A stretch of DNA of 64,000 bases from Myxococcota bacterium. GTDB lineage: Bacteria > Myxococcota_C > UBA6777. The stretch spans positions 1 through 64,000 of the forward strand of contig JAKLKB010000009.1 in NCBI GenBank assembly GCA_023150835.1, read 5' to 3'. The position numbers were made by a program, and so were the translations under genes. Positions 8,841-19,130 of this stretch are shown one piece after another; position 1 is the first letter of the stretch; every line of letters begins with the position of its first letter. The notes under the pieces are model-generated. The model made no database searches and had not been told where the DNA came from. It worked only from the letters and a program-made list of their open reading frames with translations.

Positions 8841-10619
8841 CTAGCGATGTTGCGGGCGAGAGGTTGCAGAAGGCGTTGAGGGCAACGAGACAGGGGTGCG
8901 TTGAAGCGGAAGGACGGGCAGTGAGGCGGGTGTGCGAGGCAAGGGAGCGAGAGGACGAGGAGTGGTGGGAGGCAAAAGAGCCGATTGCAAGGCATCCGAG
9001 GGGAGGGAACCTGTGTACGATTTTCCGTTGAGCAAAAAGGCGGGTGTAGCGCGGATCTTGAGGCGTTTCCCCACTTCGATATCTTGTTGGAGAAAAGCGT
9101 CAGAGTCTTTGCTTTCGAGACACTCTGCAAAGGTCTTGCGATCCAAGCCGAGGTAAAACGCCCAATCCAGCAGCTTTTCGCGATCAAGCGATTTGTATGT
9201 GTCATGCAAGAGATCGCTCATCGGCCAAAACAGCTTTTGTTTTCCAGCGCAATGGCTGGCTTTCGCAAGCAGGCAGGCCATCGGATGCGAGGATTTGTCA
9301 GCGGATGGATTGCAAGACGGATCGAGCGGAGAATGGCGGCGAACCAAACGCAGCGTGTTTTTGTGCTGGCGAACTTTCTCACGCAAGGCTTGGTGTTCGC
9401 GTTGGCAAGAAGGGCAGGTGTAATCGGAGAATTCCTCGATCGTCACACGGGGCTGTTCGGCTCCGATCCATGCGTATCCTTCGGTGGTAAAGCCCTGTGG
9501 TAGGGCATGATCGCGGCTTTTGACGAAAAAGGTGGGCGTGCCTTGAACCATCTTCTTGGTGGCGTCGAGGATATCTTGTTGGACGTAGGACTTGGCTTGT
9601 TCGCTATCAAGGCAGGCGGCAAAGTCGTTGGGATGGAGACCGATCCCTTTGACTTTTTCGGGGAGTTGCTCTTTGTCAAGTCGGGGCCCGCTGATATACA
9701 AGAGATCACTCAAGGCCCAAAACTGCCCCTGTTTTCCGGCACAATACGCTGCATACGCAAACAAACAAGCCTTGGTATGAAAAGGCTCGCGGATGCTCGG
9801 GTTGCAATGGTGATCGAGCGGATAGTGGCGGTGGATCACACGCACAGAATCTGCGGCATCCACAAGCAGTTCACGCAGTCGAAAGTTGGAACGCTGACAA
9901 AAAGGGCACTCGTAATCAGAAAAAGCAGTAATCGTCAACGCGGGAAATGTCGAACCGATCCACGGGTGGCCTTGGGCATCGAGTCCGTTGGGGAGTTGCA
10001 AAGTGCTCGATGTTCGGGCGGGTAGGATGACGGAAGATCTCTCCCAATACTTGGGATAGGCCAAAGGGATCAACACCGTCACAAAGGCGACGAGTACGAC
10101 GTATTGGAGATGTGACGTAGCCCAGTCAAGGCCCGCAGCGATGGCCTCTTTGGTGGTTTGCTCTTGTTGTTTGACCAGCACCCAGACCAGCACAAACAAC
10201 ACGGGATTAATCACGTATGTGGCAAGGCAAAGCAGACAAAGCGCCCCCACGTGCGCCAAAGACAGATACGCCATCCACGCGCTCGCCAACGTGCTAAAGC
10301 CTGTGAGTCCAAGCAACAGCCCCAAAAGCGCGGGGGTTCGGGCTTCGCGCAGTCGCCCTATCCACGCGGCGATCAAGATCAACAGATAGCCCCACAAGCC
10401 CCACACCGACACAGGCGCGCCTGCCAAACGAGAGTAGGCACTTCGCGCAACGCTATCGCAGTTGATTCGGGCATTTGGAGAGCAAAAGCTTTTGTGCGAG
10501 GGGTCAAGGTTGGCTTTGACATGGATGTACGTCAGATCCACAGAAAGGCCGATACCAACGAGAAGAAGAAGCAACAACAACACCCAAGGGGCGTTGGAAG
10601 GGAGCGTTTTTTTCGCCAT
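8841..10619 (-). CDS. Vitamin K epoxide reductase (VKOR) fused to two DsbA-like thioredoxin domains
   Basis: VKOR loop cysteines (FCSPNARINCDSV..S.YS) and CLLC. DsbA motifs FSDYECPFC..GTPTFF and FSDYTCPSC..ATPAF. Confidence 0.9.
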   Translation of the reverse strand: MAKKTLPSNAPWVLLLLLLLVGIGLSVDLTYIHVKANLDPSHKSFCSPNARINCDSVARSAYSRLAGAPVSVWGLWGYLLILIAAWIGRLREARTPALLGLLLGLTGFSTLASAWMAYLSLAHVGALCLLCLATYVINPVLFVLVWVLVKQQEQTTKEAIAAGLDWATSHLQYVVLVAFVTVLIPLAYPKYWERSSVILPARTSSTLQLPNGLDAQGHPWIGSTFPALTITAFSDYECPFCQRSNFRLRELLVDAADSVRVIHRHYPLDHHCNPSIREPFHTKACLFAYAAYCAGKQGQFWALSDLLYISGPRLDKEQLPEKVKGIGLHPNDFAACLDSEQAKSYVQQDILDATKKMVQGTPTFFVKSRDHALPQGFTTEGYAWIGAEQPRVTIEEFSDYTCPSCQREHQALREKVRQHKNTLRLVRRHSPLDPSCNPSADKSSHPMACLLAKASHCAGKQKLFWPMSDLLHDTYKSLDREKLLDWAFYLGLDRKTFAECLESKDSDAFLQQDIEVGKRLKIRATPAFLLNGKSYTGSLPSDALQSALLPPTTPRPLAPLPRTPASLPVLPLQRTPVSLPSTPSATSRPQHR

Positions 10620-10652
10620 GATTTTCGTACTCGGTCGCTGCGTGAAGTGAAG

Positions 10653-10728
10653 GCTTGCTCAAGCACTCCAAGGCCGGAGTGTTCGGATAAGCTTGTTCAA
10701 GCACTCCAAGGCTGGAGTGTTCGGATAA
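10653..10728. repeat. 38-bp tandem duplication with an internal hairpin (CACTCC..GGAGTG), 10 nt downstream of the proS stop
   Basis: Two near-identical copies at 10653-10690 and 10691-10728. Confidence 0.9.
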
Positions 10729-10738
10729 GGCGGGCGAA

Positions 10739-12226
10739 TCAATAAGCACGCGCAAAGATCGCAATTTGGCGCGTTTGTTTTCCCGTATAAAAGCAACGCC
10801 CGAGAGGTCCGTCTTGTTCCCCAAGCGGATAACAGCGATGGGTCATCTTCAGATCTTCTTTGATCTTGTCTTCGTCTTCGTTGCTTCCGGCCCAATAGAC
10901 TTTGAGGAATCCGCCCTTTTCATCGGCCAACTGTTGAAAAGTCGCCATATCGGGGATATCGGAGTGGGTGTTGGCCTCGCGAAACGCGAGGGCTTGTTGG
11001 TAGAGTCCTTGTTGCACTTCATCCAAAAAGCCTTGGATATGCTCGACGAGACCGAGCATCGAGACGCCCATGATCTTGCCGTCTTTTCCGGGTAGATGGC
11101 GTCTTGCGACCACCACCGCTTGCTTTTCGACATCTTTGGGTCCGATCTCAATGCGCAACGGCACACCACGCATCTCCCAATCGTTGAACTTGAAACCGGG
11201 GGTGAGGTGTTCGCGGGTGTCGAGTTTGACTCGGACTCCAGCTTGTTTGAGGGCGTCAAAAGCAGCTTGGGCTTGTTGGAGGACGGCTGGTTTTTCGTCT
11301 TCTTTGCGCCAGATCGGGACGATCGCCACTTGGATCGGAGCCATCTTGGGGGGCAAGCGCAAGCCTTTGTCGTCGCCATGCGCCATGATCAATGCCCCAA
11401 CAAAGCGGGTACTGACGCCCCAAGAGGTCGTATGCACGAGCTGTTGGACGTTGTGTTCATCGAGAAATTGGATGCCAAACGCACGCGAGAAGTTTTGACC
11501 GAGATAATGGGAAGTTCCCGATTGAAGGGCCCAAGCGTTGCCCATCATCGCCTCGATCGTGAAGGTGTTGACAGCTCCTGCAAAGCGTTCGTTGGCGCTC
11601 TTTTCGCCCGGGATCACGGGGATCGCCGCAAAGTCTCGCGCAAGCTCGACGTAGACATCCAACATCCGCAAGGTCTCTTCCATTGCTTCGGCTTGGGTGG
11701 CGTGGGCGGTGTGGCCTTCTTGCCAGAGAAACTCCATCGTCCGAAGGAACGGGCGTGTCCGCATCTCCCATCGCACGACGTTGGCCCATTGGTTGATCAG
11801 CAACGGAAGGTCGCGGTAGCTGTTGACCCAACGCGCAAAAGTGTGACCGATGATGGTCTCCGAGGTCGGACGGATCACCAGCGGTTCTTCGAGCGGAGAC
11901 GCGGGTTTCAATCCACCTTGTCCATCCGCCTCAAGGCGAGAATGGGTGACGATCGCGCACTCTTTGGCGAAACCTTCGACGTGTGCGGCTTCTTTTTCGA
12001 GGTAGCTTTTGGGGATAAACAGCGGGAAATAGGCGTTTTGATGCCCTGTCTCCTTGAATCGACGATCCAAAACGTCGCGGATCGCCTCCCATAGGGCATA
12101 TCCATAAGGACGAATTACCATACATCCCCGAACAGGGGAGTTTTCGGCAAGTTCTGCCTCGCGCAAGACATCCAAATACCAGCGGCTAAAATCCTCACTC
12201 CGAGGGGTGATCGCTGTCTCTGCCAT
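10739..12226 (-). CDS. proS: Proline--tRNA ligase (archaeal/eukaryote-like type)
   Basis: HVEGFAKEC, IRPTSET, NQWANVVRWEMRTRPFLRTMEFLWQEGHT, GTSHYLGQNF and a C-terminal FARAY. No INS editing domain. Confidence 0.97.
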   Translation of the reverse strand: MAETAITPRSEDFSRWYLDVLREAELAENSPVRGCMVIRPYGYALWEAIRDVLDRRFKETGHQNAYFPLFIPKSYLEKEAAHVEGFAKECAIVTHSRLEADGQGGLKPASPLEEPLVIRPTSETIIGHTFARWVNSYRDLPLLINQWANVVRWEMRTRPFLRTMEFLWQEGHTAHATQAEAMEETLRMLDVYVELARDFAAIPVIPGEKSANERFAGAVNTFTIEAMMGNAWALQSGTSHYLGQNFSRAFGIQFLDEHNVQQLVHTTSWGVSTRFVGALIMAHGDDKGLRLPPKMAPIQVAIVPIWRKEDEKPAVLQQAQAAFDALKQAGVRVKLDTREHLTPGFKFNDWEMRGVPLRIEIGPKDVEKQAVVVARRHLPGKDGKIMGVSMLGLVEHIQGFLDEVQQGLYQQALAFREANTHSDIPDMATFQQLADEKGGFLKVYWAGSNEDEDKIKEDLKMTHRCYPLGEQDGPLGRCFYTGKQTRQIAIFARAY

Positions 12227-12387
12227 TCGTTCTCTCCGTCACTCGTCCTTCAACAAAAAGGATTGCGTTGTGCGCGTCCAACCGAGCGGATCTGGGCGCG
12301 CAAGCTTAGAAGTTGCCTCTATTAGCACCGTTCGTTGCAAAGATCAACGACAGGACGAGCAACCACTCTCGAAGGTGCGGCATCATT

Positions 12388-13092
12388 ATGACCGAACAAA
12401 AAGTGCTCGCTCCTTTCACCCTGTCCGACCTGAGGGGGGAGGTCAGGTGTACCATGCAACAAAAGAAGATGTTTCACGCGATTGAGTTGGGAGACTGGGA
12501 ACAAGCCCGACAGTCCGCCCTCTGCATCGAACAGGTTGGCGTTGCCCAAGAGGTTTGGCTTCGGCTGATCGAGGCGCTGCGCGAAGCCTCCGTCTCACAA
12601 GAAGATATCCAAGAGCTTCGGATGGCCTTGCGCAAAGCGCCCCGCTGTGTGGGCCTGTATCACGGGCTGGTTCGATTGCACTTACAATCTCGCGATATCG
12701 AACAAGCCGCCTATTGGTGGGGTATTGGGATCAAGATCGAGCCGCACAATCCGTTGCTTTGGATCGCAGGGATACGAATCGCCTTGATCCAAGATGACCT
12801 TGAGGCCGCAGAATTCCGTCATCAAAGCGCTTCGCGTTGGATGAAAGAAGACGATCCGCTACGGCTGCGATCGGCTGGAAAGCTCGATATGGCGAGAGCT
12901 TGTATGATCTGGGACAAAGGGCAACACGAACAAGCTCTGTTTTGGCTGCGGCGTGCAACCCGCTATGATCCGTCTTGGCCCGAACCTTGGGAAGCTTTGG
13001 CGCAATATCTCGATACGATGGGCTGCAAAGAACGCGCTGCGTGGTACGCCACCGAAGCCCGACGCCGACAGACCGATCCCCACCCCAACTGA
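12388..13092 (+). CDS. TPR-like hypothetical protein
   Basis: Helical repeats such as ALFWLRRATRYDPSWPEPW and IKIEPHNPLLW. The start could be 12388 or 12454. Confidence 0.65.
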   Translation: MTEQKVLAPFTLSDLRGEVRCTMQQKKMFHAIELGDWEQARQSALCIEQVGVAQEVWLRLIEALREASVSQEDIQELRMALRKAPRCVGLYHGLVRLHLQSRDIEQAAYWWGIGIKIEPHNPLLWIAGIRIALIQDDLEAAEFRHQSASRWMKEDDPLRLRSAGKLDMARACMIWDKGQHEQALFWLRRATRYDPSWPEPWEALAQYLDTMGCKERAAWYATEARRRQTDPHPN

Positions 13093-13110
13093 TCTTTTCG
13101 ACGCAAACCC

Positions 13111-13956
13111 TCAACGCTTGGAGGGAATGGAGGTCGGGGCGGGCCGCTCGACAAGGCGTTCTTGGGCAACGACGCGAAAAGCAAGAACAGGCGAGAATTT
13201 TTCGTGTTCGTATTGTGCGCCCACACCGATCTGGATGGCGACGATGGAGCCAAAGCGAAATTGAAGCTGCGGCATGATCAGGGCCGAAAAGCCGTCATGA
13301 CTGCCGTAAGCAAGGTTGGTTTCAAGGCCAAAAGCGAGGTGTTGGGTGATCTCGAAAAATAAGGTGGGATTGAGAATCCCCTTCACAGTGGGTGTTTGCT
13401 TGGAAAAGATGTAACTGCCTTCCACCCCGATCATGCAAAAGACCGAAAAGACGCTGTTCACTCGGTATCCAAGCAGATACAATGCCGCGATCTCTAGCTC
13501 AGCATCGGCCAAGAAATACTCCAAGATCCCTTGGAGACCGTGAATAAAACGCCCTTCTGCCGCGACGCCAAAAGTCCCTTGGGCCGCGAACTTGAGCGCT
13601 TTGATCGTGGTGTTGACGATCGGCAGTTCGAGCTCGATCGCAAAGCCGTCTGCAACGGCGTATTCGATCTCGGGTGCCCACCCCATGCCCAGTTCTTGCT
13701 TTTGTAGCTGGATCTGCCCAAGAGCGTTGACTTCGATCTCGCCTTTCAAAGCCCCCAACCCACGAACCAGATCGAAGACCATCGGTTCGGGGATCTCTGG
13801 GCCTCCCCCCGCCATCGCCGTGCGCCCTCCCCTCAAAAAACAGGCGGCACAACAAAACACCACCCACCACGCCACCCCAAGGCGCACACAACAAACAGAT
13901 CGCAGGCAAAACATACAAACGCTCCAGACAAAAATGATGGATTTCAACAAAGACAC
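13111..13956 (-). CDS. Hypothetical exported protein, probably beta-barrel
   Basis: Alternating hydrophobic beta-strand pattern (APEIEYAVADGFAIELELP; PQLQFRF). The start is uncertain. Confidence 0.6.
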   Translation of the reverse strand: MSLLKSIIFVWSVCMFCLRSVCCVRLGVAWWVVFCCAACFLRGGRTAMAGGGPEIPEPMVFDLVRGLGALKGEIEVNALGQIQLQKQELGMGWAPEIEYAVADGFAIELELPIVNTTIKALKFAAQGTFGVAAEGRFIHGLQGILEYFLADAELEIAALYLLGYRVNSVFSVFCMIGVEGSYIFSKQTPTVKGILNPTLFFEITQHLAFGLETNLAYGSHDGFSALIMPQLQFRFGSIVAIQIGVGAQYEHEKFSPVLAFRVVAQERLVERPAPTSIPSKR

Positions 13957-14074
13957 GACAAAAACATCGTTTGCCCGCCGAAAAACATCACCAGAGCGAT
14001 TTTATTCCTTCTAGCTACGCAAACTTCTGTTGTTGTCTGAGCATGTCCGTTCGCTGCTCGATGTCCCGATACAC

Positions 14075-14098
14075 GGGCGGTTCGCGAACCGCCCCCAC
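14075..14098. repeat. REP-like perfect palindrome GGGCGGTTCGCGAACCGCCC (second copy at 41513-41536)
   Basis: 20-bp perfect inverted repeat. The 41.5-kb copy is followed by CTAC, i.e. GTAG on the minus strand. Confidence 0.85.
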
Positions 14099-14387
14099 GC
14101 AAACATTGCCTTGCATCGAACACGGATCGAACGAAAGAATCGTAGAGAAAGCAAACAGGGGAGGGAGAGAAATTCGGAGGCAGCGAGGTTTTGGTGTTCC
14201 ACGCCGCAGGCTGTTTGCACAAGAGAGCGTCTTTGCCTGCCCCGACTTCCCCCCGTTCACGGGGGGATTGAGGGGGGGCGATCAAAAGAAAAGGCGATCA
14301 AGACCGACTATCCGATGTTTCCACCTTAGCAAGGCGCGTATGGGGCAGCGCCCCACAAAAACCATCGAACTGCGTAAAGTTCGATCC

Positions 14388-14993
14388 TTAATCGTTTTGT
14401 TCGGGTGCGCGGAAGAGATTGGGATCGATAAGTAGGATCAGGAAGAGGACGGGAACCATCCACAAAGCGCGAGCAAAGCCGATGGTGGGGATGAGAAGAA
14501 GCATCACCATCCCGACAGCGCCGACCATCAGGGTGCGCACATCCATTTCCATGCGCGAAAGAAGATCGGTGGCTTGTTCACGGATCTCGAGGCTGCTGTG
14601 TTTTTCGGCAAGATCAACAAGCAGCTTTCGGGCTTCGGGATAGTTGCCGTCTTGAAAATGTTGCGTAGCTTGTTCGAGGATCGCGTTGCCTTCGGCGATG
14701 CGTGCGCGAGCAGCTTCGGATGCACTTACAGGTGCGGGCTTTTTGGGGCTTTCGACTTCGGTGATCTCGATGGTTTCGGTCTTGACGATGGTGACGTTGC
14801 CTTCATGGATCACTTCGGTCGATTGGATGACGATCTCTTCTTTGATCACGGGCTTTTTGGCTTTTGAAGCCGTCGAAGTACTGGCATTTTTGGAGGGGGC
14901 GGAGCCTGCGGCTTTTGCTGCGGGGGCCTGAGCCGTTTTTTGGGTCGAGGTGGTGGCAGAGGCGGGGGAGGTTACGTTTTTCTTTTTGCTCAT
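14388..14993 (-). CDS. Hypothetical membrane protein with a Lys/Ala/Thr-rich N-terminus
   Basis: Low-complexity N-terminus, a helical middle region and two C-terminal TM segments. Confidence 0.7.
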   Translation of the reverse strand: MSKKKNVTSPASATTSTQKTAQAPAAKAAGSAPSKNASTSTASKAKKPVIKEEIVIQSTEVIHEGNVTIVKTETIEITEVESPKKPAPVSASEAARARIAEGNAILEQATQHFQDGNYPEARKLLVDLAEKHSSLEIREQATDLLSRMEMDVRTLMVGAVGMVMLLLIPTIGFARALWMVPVLFLILLIDPNLFRAPEQND

Positions 14994-15028
14994 CGAAAAA
15001 AAAGCCTTTCTATCGCCGACATGAGTAA

Positions 15029-15140
15029 TGCGATCTCCGAGAGATGTGTGTTCGAAGGGTCGTGCGTAGACGCCCGATTGTTGGGCAGCCACACCTGTCT
15101 GCCCCTACGTTTTACGATCACACACCCTGCGGATTTCGTA
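15029..15140 (+). mobile_element. ~110-bp REP-containing MITE/REPIN-like element, copy A
   Basis: Imperfect terminal inverted repeats TGCGATCTCCG...CGGATTTCGTA around GGGCAGCCACACCTGTCTGCCCCTAC. Homologous to 45826-45939, 59111-59219 and 62327-62440. Confidence 0.75.
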
Positions 15141-15259
15141 TAAGGGAGCCTTGTTGAAAGCAAAGGAATGTATACGTTGTCGCGTTGGATTTCCAAGCCC
15201 CGTGTGCAAAGAATGAAGTGAACTCCTTGAAAAAGAAAGAAAAAGGAAACAAACCAAAG

Positions 15260-16231
15260 ATGTTCGAGCGAGAACAGAATGATCAACGAAGCGAGTCAAA
15301 GCCTTGGCATCGGCCTGTTTTGCTCGAAGAAACCTTGGAGGGCTGGGTTTATTCCGAGGCCAAGTACCTTGTAGATGGAACGGTGGGGGGTGGAGGACAC
15401 AGTGAGGCAGCGTTGGAGCGATACCCGAATGTTCGGCTGTTGGGGCTGGATCGCGATCTGGATGCGCTTGCAGAAGCGGGGAAAACACTGGCGCGGTTTG
15501 GCGATCGGGTCCATCTACGGCAAGGGAGTTATGCGCGATTGGATCAGCATCTTGCGGCGATCGGCTGGCCCGCACAGGTGGATGGGATCTTGTTAGATTT
15601 GGGGGTGAGTAGCCACCAACTGGATACGGCTGAGCGAGGCTTTAGCTTTCGGATGGACGGGGCATTGGATATGCGCTTTGCACAAGCAGGCGAAGACACC
15701 CCCACAGCCGCCGAGTTGGTAAATCAAGCCTCCGAAGAAGAACTCACGGGATGGTTTCGAGAGTGGGGCGAGGAGCGCCAAGCCAAGCGGGTCGCACGAG
15801 CGATCTTGCGCTGGCGCGAGCGGGAACGTATCGACACCACAGCGCAGTTGTTGGCTTGTTTTGAGAGCGTGCTTGGGAGCCGTACCCCCAAAGGTCGAGT
15901 GCATCCCGCAACACGGTGTTTTCAAGCGTTGCGGATCGCCGTCAATCGGGAGTTTGAACACATCGACACCTTTCTTGCGCAGTTCCCTGCGTGGTTGGTT
16001 TCAGGAGGACAGATCGCGATCCTCTCGTTTCACTCGCTCGAAGATCGGCGCGTCAAGCAACGCTTTCGTGCGCTTGCGACAGGGACGGATGATCCGAATG
16101 TTCCGTTGATGGATCGGGATGATCCGACTTTTTCTTTATTGCATCGCAAGCCGATCACAGGATCAGAAGAAGAGATCGAGCAGAATCCACGCGCCCGCAG
16201 CGCGCTCTTGCGCGCTGCCAAAAAACGTTGA
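15260..16231 (+). CDS. rsmH: 16S rRNA m4C1402 methyltransferase
   Basis: HRPVLL, DGTVGGGGHS, DLGVSSHQLD..RGFSF..LDMR, FQALRIAVN, SFHSLEDR and NPRARSA. Confidence 0.97.
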   Translation: MFEREQNDQRSESKPWHRPVLLEETLEGWVYSEAKYLVDGTVGGGGHSEAALERYPNVRLLGLDRDLDALAEAGKTLARFGDRVHLRQGSYARLDQHLAAIGWPAQVDGILLDLGVSSHQLDTAERGFSFRMDGALDMRFAQAGEDTPTAAELVNQASEEELTGWFREWGEERQAKRVARAILRWRERERIDTTAQLLACFESVLGSRTPKGRVHPATRCFQALRIAVNREFEHIDTFLAQFPAWLVSGGQIAILSFHSLEDRRVKQRFRALATGTDDPNVPLMDRDDPTFSLLHRKPITGSEEEIEQNPRARSALLRAAKKR

Positions 16232-16414
16232 TGCGGATTTTTTGTGCTTGGGGGCAGGACGGGCTACAAAAAGAAGAACCAAACAAAAGCCGAGAGACCT
16301 TGGCTTTTCAGGTGCGCGACCTCTCGCTGGTGTGGGGCGGCAGCGCACCACTTTACCGCCAAGCGCGGCTCGGATGATTTCTTCTTTGAATGGGTAAGGG
16401 ATGCAGGGAAAAAC

Positions 16415-16864
16415 ATGAAGGGATTGACAGGACTGTTTCATCGGACTCCCTCGGATCGGGAGCTTCTCAAAAGCCACATCGAACAACCGAGTGTATGGCA
16501 GACCGCTTTTCCTGAGGAACGTCGGGGACAATGGCTGTATTGGTTGGCTGTAGGCTTGTGTATTTGCGTGTTTACGGGCTTTGTGCTGTATCACATTCGC
16601 CTACACGCCGACACAATGCGGCTGCGGTTGGCCTTGGGTGAGACCCAAAAGCAAGTCCTCGCCATCCAAGTCGAGCGCCGTCACCTCGAAAAAGAATGGG
16701 CTGAACTGGTCGCGCCAGAGCGACTGATGCCGATGGCCATCCAAAAGCTCGGTCTGGTGGCCCCCAAACGCCAATTGATCGTCCGACTCCCCAACAAAGA
16801 AATGCGCTCTCAAACAGGGGTTCATCTCGCACAGCGCAACACCTCCCACTCTTCTGCGCGTTGA
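16415..16864 (+). CDS. ftsL: Cell division protein FtsL-like
   Basis: Single TM plus a coiled coil ending L..PERL...A.QKLGL..P, located between rsmH and ftsI. Confidence 0.8.
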   Translation: MKGLTGLFHRTPSDRELLKSHIEQPSVWQTAFPEERRGQWLYWLAVGLCICVFTGFVLYHIRLHADTMRLRLALGETQKQVLAIQVERRHLEKEWAELVAPERLMPMAIQKLGLVAPKRQLIVRLPNKEMRSQTGVHLAQRNTSHSSAR

Positions 16865-16918
16865 TCCTCCCCGCCCAGCCCTCAGCAAAAGACACAAACC
16901 CTCCTCCGATGGGTCGCC

Positions 16919-18997
16919 TTGGAGAACGTCATGTCATCAAAACCCACTCCCTCCTCGACACGCCAAACCAACACGCCTTACCCCGCCCCCAACGCAGCAT
17001 TTGGTTCGGGCAAGCGCATCGTCTGGGTGATGTGCTTTTTGTGTGTGCTTTTTGCGATCTTGGGCTACCGTTCCTATCAACTCCAAGTCAAACAACGCGA
17101 ATCGTTGTTGTCCTTGGTTCACGCAACACAATACATCTACATCCGACAACAAGCCCAACGCGGCACCATCTACGATCGCAAGATGGCTCCTCTTGCGTTG
17201 AGTGTGATCGTGGATTCGTTGGTCGCCAACCCACGACTCGTCTCCAAAGAACTCGATGCTGCGAGGCAACTGGCGCGCATCCTCGATCTGTCGCCTCGGG
17301 AGCTGTACTGGAAACTCACCCGCGACGGTTCTTTTGTCTGGCTGAAACGTCGCATCAGCAAACGCGAAGCCCAAGCCGTCCGCCAGCTCCCCTTTTCCGA
17401 CAAGCTGCGTTTCGAGTCCGAAAGCCAGCGCGTCTATCCAAATGGCCGATTGGCCGCCCATTTGCTGGGGGGTGTGGGCAGCGACGGCAAAGGTTTGGGG
17501 GCTGCGGAGTTGGCGATGGAACCGCTGCTTCGGGGAAAATCTTTATCGATCCGACGGATGCGTGATCCACAGGGTCGCCAACTGTTGCGAGCGAAGGATC
17601 TGGAGTTGGCACGCAAGCGCGGTGCGGACTTGGTGCTGACCATCGACAAAAGCATCCAATACATCGCAGAGATGGCGATGGGACGGGCAATGGAAAAGAC
17701 GCGGGCCAAGCGGGGCGTCGCGATCGTGATGGAGCCAAACAGCGGTGATATCTTGGCGCTGGTGGTGAAGCCAGACTTTGATCCAAACAAGTTTAGCGAA
17801 GTGCAAGCTGCGATCCGCAACAATGCGGCCTTGTCGAACCCCTTTGAGCCGGGATCGACGATGAAGCCGATCACGATGGCTGCGGCCATGAACATGGGGC
17901 TGGTCAAACCCGAAGAACGCATCCACGACGAAAGCGGTCGGATGCAGATCGGACGCCGAACCATCCGCGACGATCATCCGAAGAGGCGACCGCTTACGCC
18001 GTTGGAGATCATCAAATATTCCAGCAACATCTGCTCTGCCAAGATCGGCTTTCGGATGGGCAAAGAGCGTTTTCATCAACAACTCAAGGCATTCGGATTT
18101 GGAGAACGCTCTGATATCGGCCTTCCCGGGGAATCTCGTGGCATCCTCAGTTCTCCCCATCGTTGGTCGCAGATCGGCCTTGCGAACATCGCATTTGGTC
18201 AAGGGATCGCCGTCACACCGATCCAACTGACGGCTGCGATCAACACCATCGCCAGCGACGGATTGTACTACAAACCCCGTCTCTTCAAGCAGATCATCGA
18301 TCCAAAAGGCAAGGTCACACGCAAGTTTGAAACAGCCCCACGTCGCGTGATATCAAGCGATGTTGCCCAACGTATCGGTTTAATGATGGAGTCAGTGATC
18401 GGGGCACCCGATGGTACGGGAAAATCCGCACGAGTCGATGGCGTTCGTGCCGGCGGAAAGACAGGAACGGCACAAAAGCCCATCCCGGGAGGACGAGGCT
18501 ACGGCAAAGATCGCATCGGTTCTTTTGTGGGTTATGCGCCTGTGGATCAGCCCCGAATCACCGTCCTTGTTGTGATCGATGAACCCAAAAGCCCCTGCAA
18601 GTACGGCGGATGTACCGCTGCACCCGCATGGAGCGAGATCGTTCGGGAATCCTTGACCTATTTGGGAGTTCATACGGGTGAGCCGCTGCGCTTTGCCCCG
18701 ATATCTCACGTGATGAAGCTCGCCGATGCGGACAAAACGCACGTCGCCAAAAAGCTCCCCCTTCCACGCAGCGCCGCAAAGCGCAAGCACCCAACCAAGA
18801 TCGCCCTTCGTTCGGCCAAACGCCCCCACCTCCAAGCACACCGCGTCCATCGCCCCCCCGCCAAGGCCCAAAAATCCCGTCATTCCAGCGATACCACACA
18901 CCCGAAGCGCTCTCGCCCTTCCAAAGCACGACGCTCCCGTACAAAACCCAAACACCGACACAAACCCGCCAAACGCCGCTCCTTCGATACATGGTGA
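16919..18997 (+). CDS. ftsI: Class B penicillin-binding protein FtsI/PBP3
   Basis: TM, RGTIYDR, RVYPNG, LTID, EPGSTMK (SxxK), YSSN (SxN) and GKTGTAQK, followed by a basic C-terminal tail. Confidence 0.93.
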   Translation: MENVMSSKPTPSSTRQTNTPYPAPNAAFGSGKRIVWVMCFLCVLFAILGYRSYQLQVKQRESLLSLVHATQYIYIRQQAQRGTIYDRKMAPLALSVIVDSLVANPRLVSKELDAARQLARILDLSPRELYWKLTRDGSFVWLKRRISKREAQAVRQLPFSDKLRFESESQRVYPNGRLAAHLLGGVGSDGKGLGAAELAMEPLLRGKSLSIRRMRDPQGRQLLRAKDLELARKRGADLVLTIDKSIQYIAEMAMGRAMEKTRAKRGVAIVMEPNSGDILALVVKPDFDPNKFSEVQAAIRNNAALSNPFEPGSTMKPITMAAAMNMGLVKPEERIHDESGRMQIGRRTIRDDHPKRRPLTPLEIIKYSSNICSAKIGFRMGKERFHQQLKAFGFGERSDIGLPGESRGILSSPHRWSQIGLANIAFGQGIAVTPIQLTAAINTIASDGLYYKPRLFKQIIDPKGKVTRKFETAPRRVISSDVAQRIGLMMESVIGAPDGTGKSARVDGVRAGGKTGTAQKPIPGGRGYGKDRIGSFVGYAPVDQPRITVLVVIDEPKSPCKYGGCTAAPAWSEIVRESLTYLGVHTGEPLRFAPISHVMKLADADKTHVAKKLPLPRSAAKRKHPTKIALRSAKRPHLQAHRVHRPPAKAQKSRHSSDTTHPKRSRPSKARRSRTKPKHRHKPAKRRSFDTW

Positions 18998-19130
18998 TGA
19001 CAGAAAAACACCGCGAGAGTTGACAGTTTGGGGGATCTTCGATAAGCACGAAACAGGCAAAACGAGAGTCCAAGCGGATCTTTCTGGGAGAGAGACCACA
19101 GCAGAGGCGGCTTGGGTTGGAGGCGTGTGG

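Noticed and set aside
10739-12226. Archaeal/eukaryote-type ProRS as evidence of recent transfer
   Set aside because: This type is widespread in bacteria, and its composition matches neighbouring genes.
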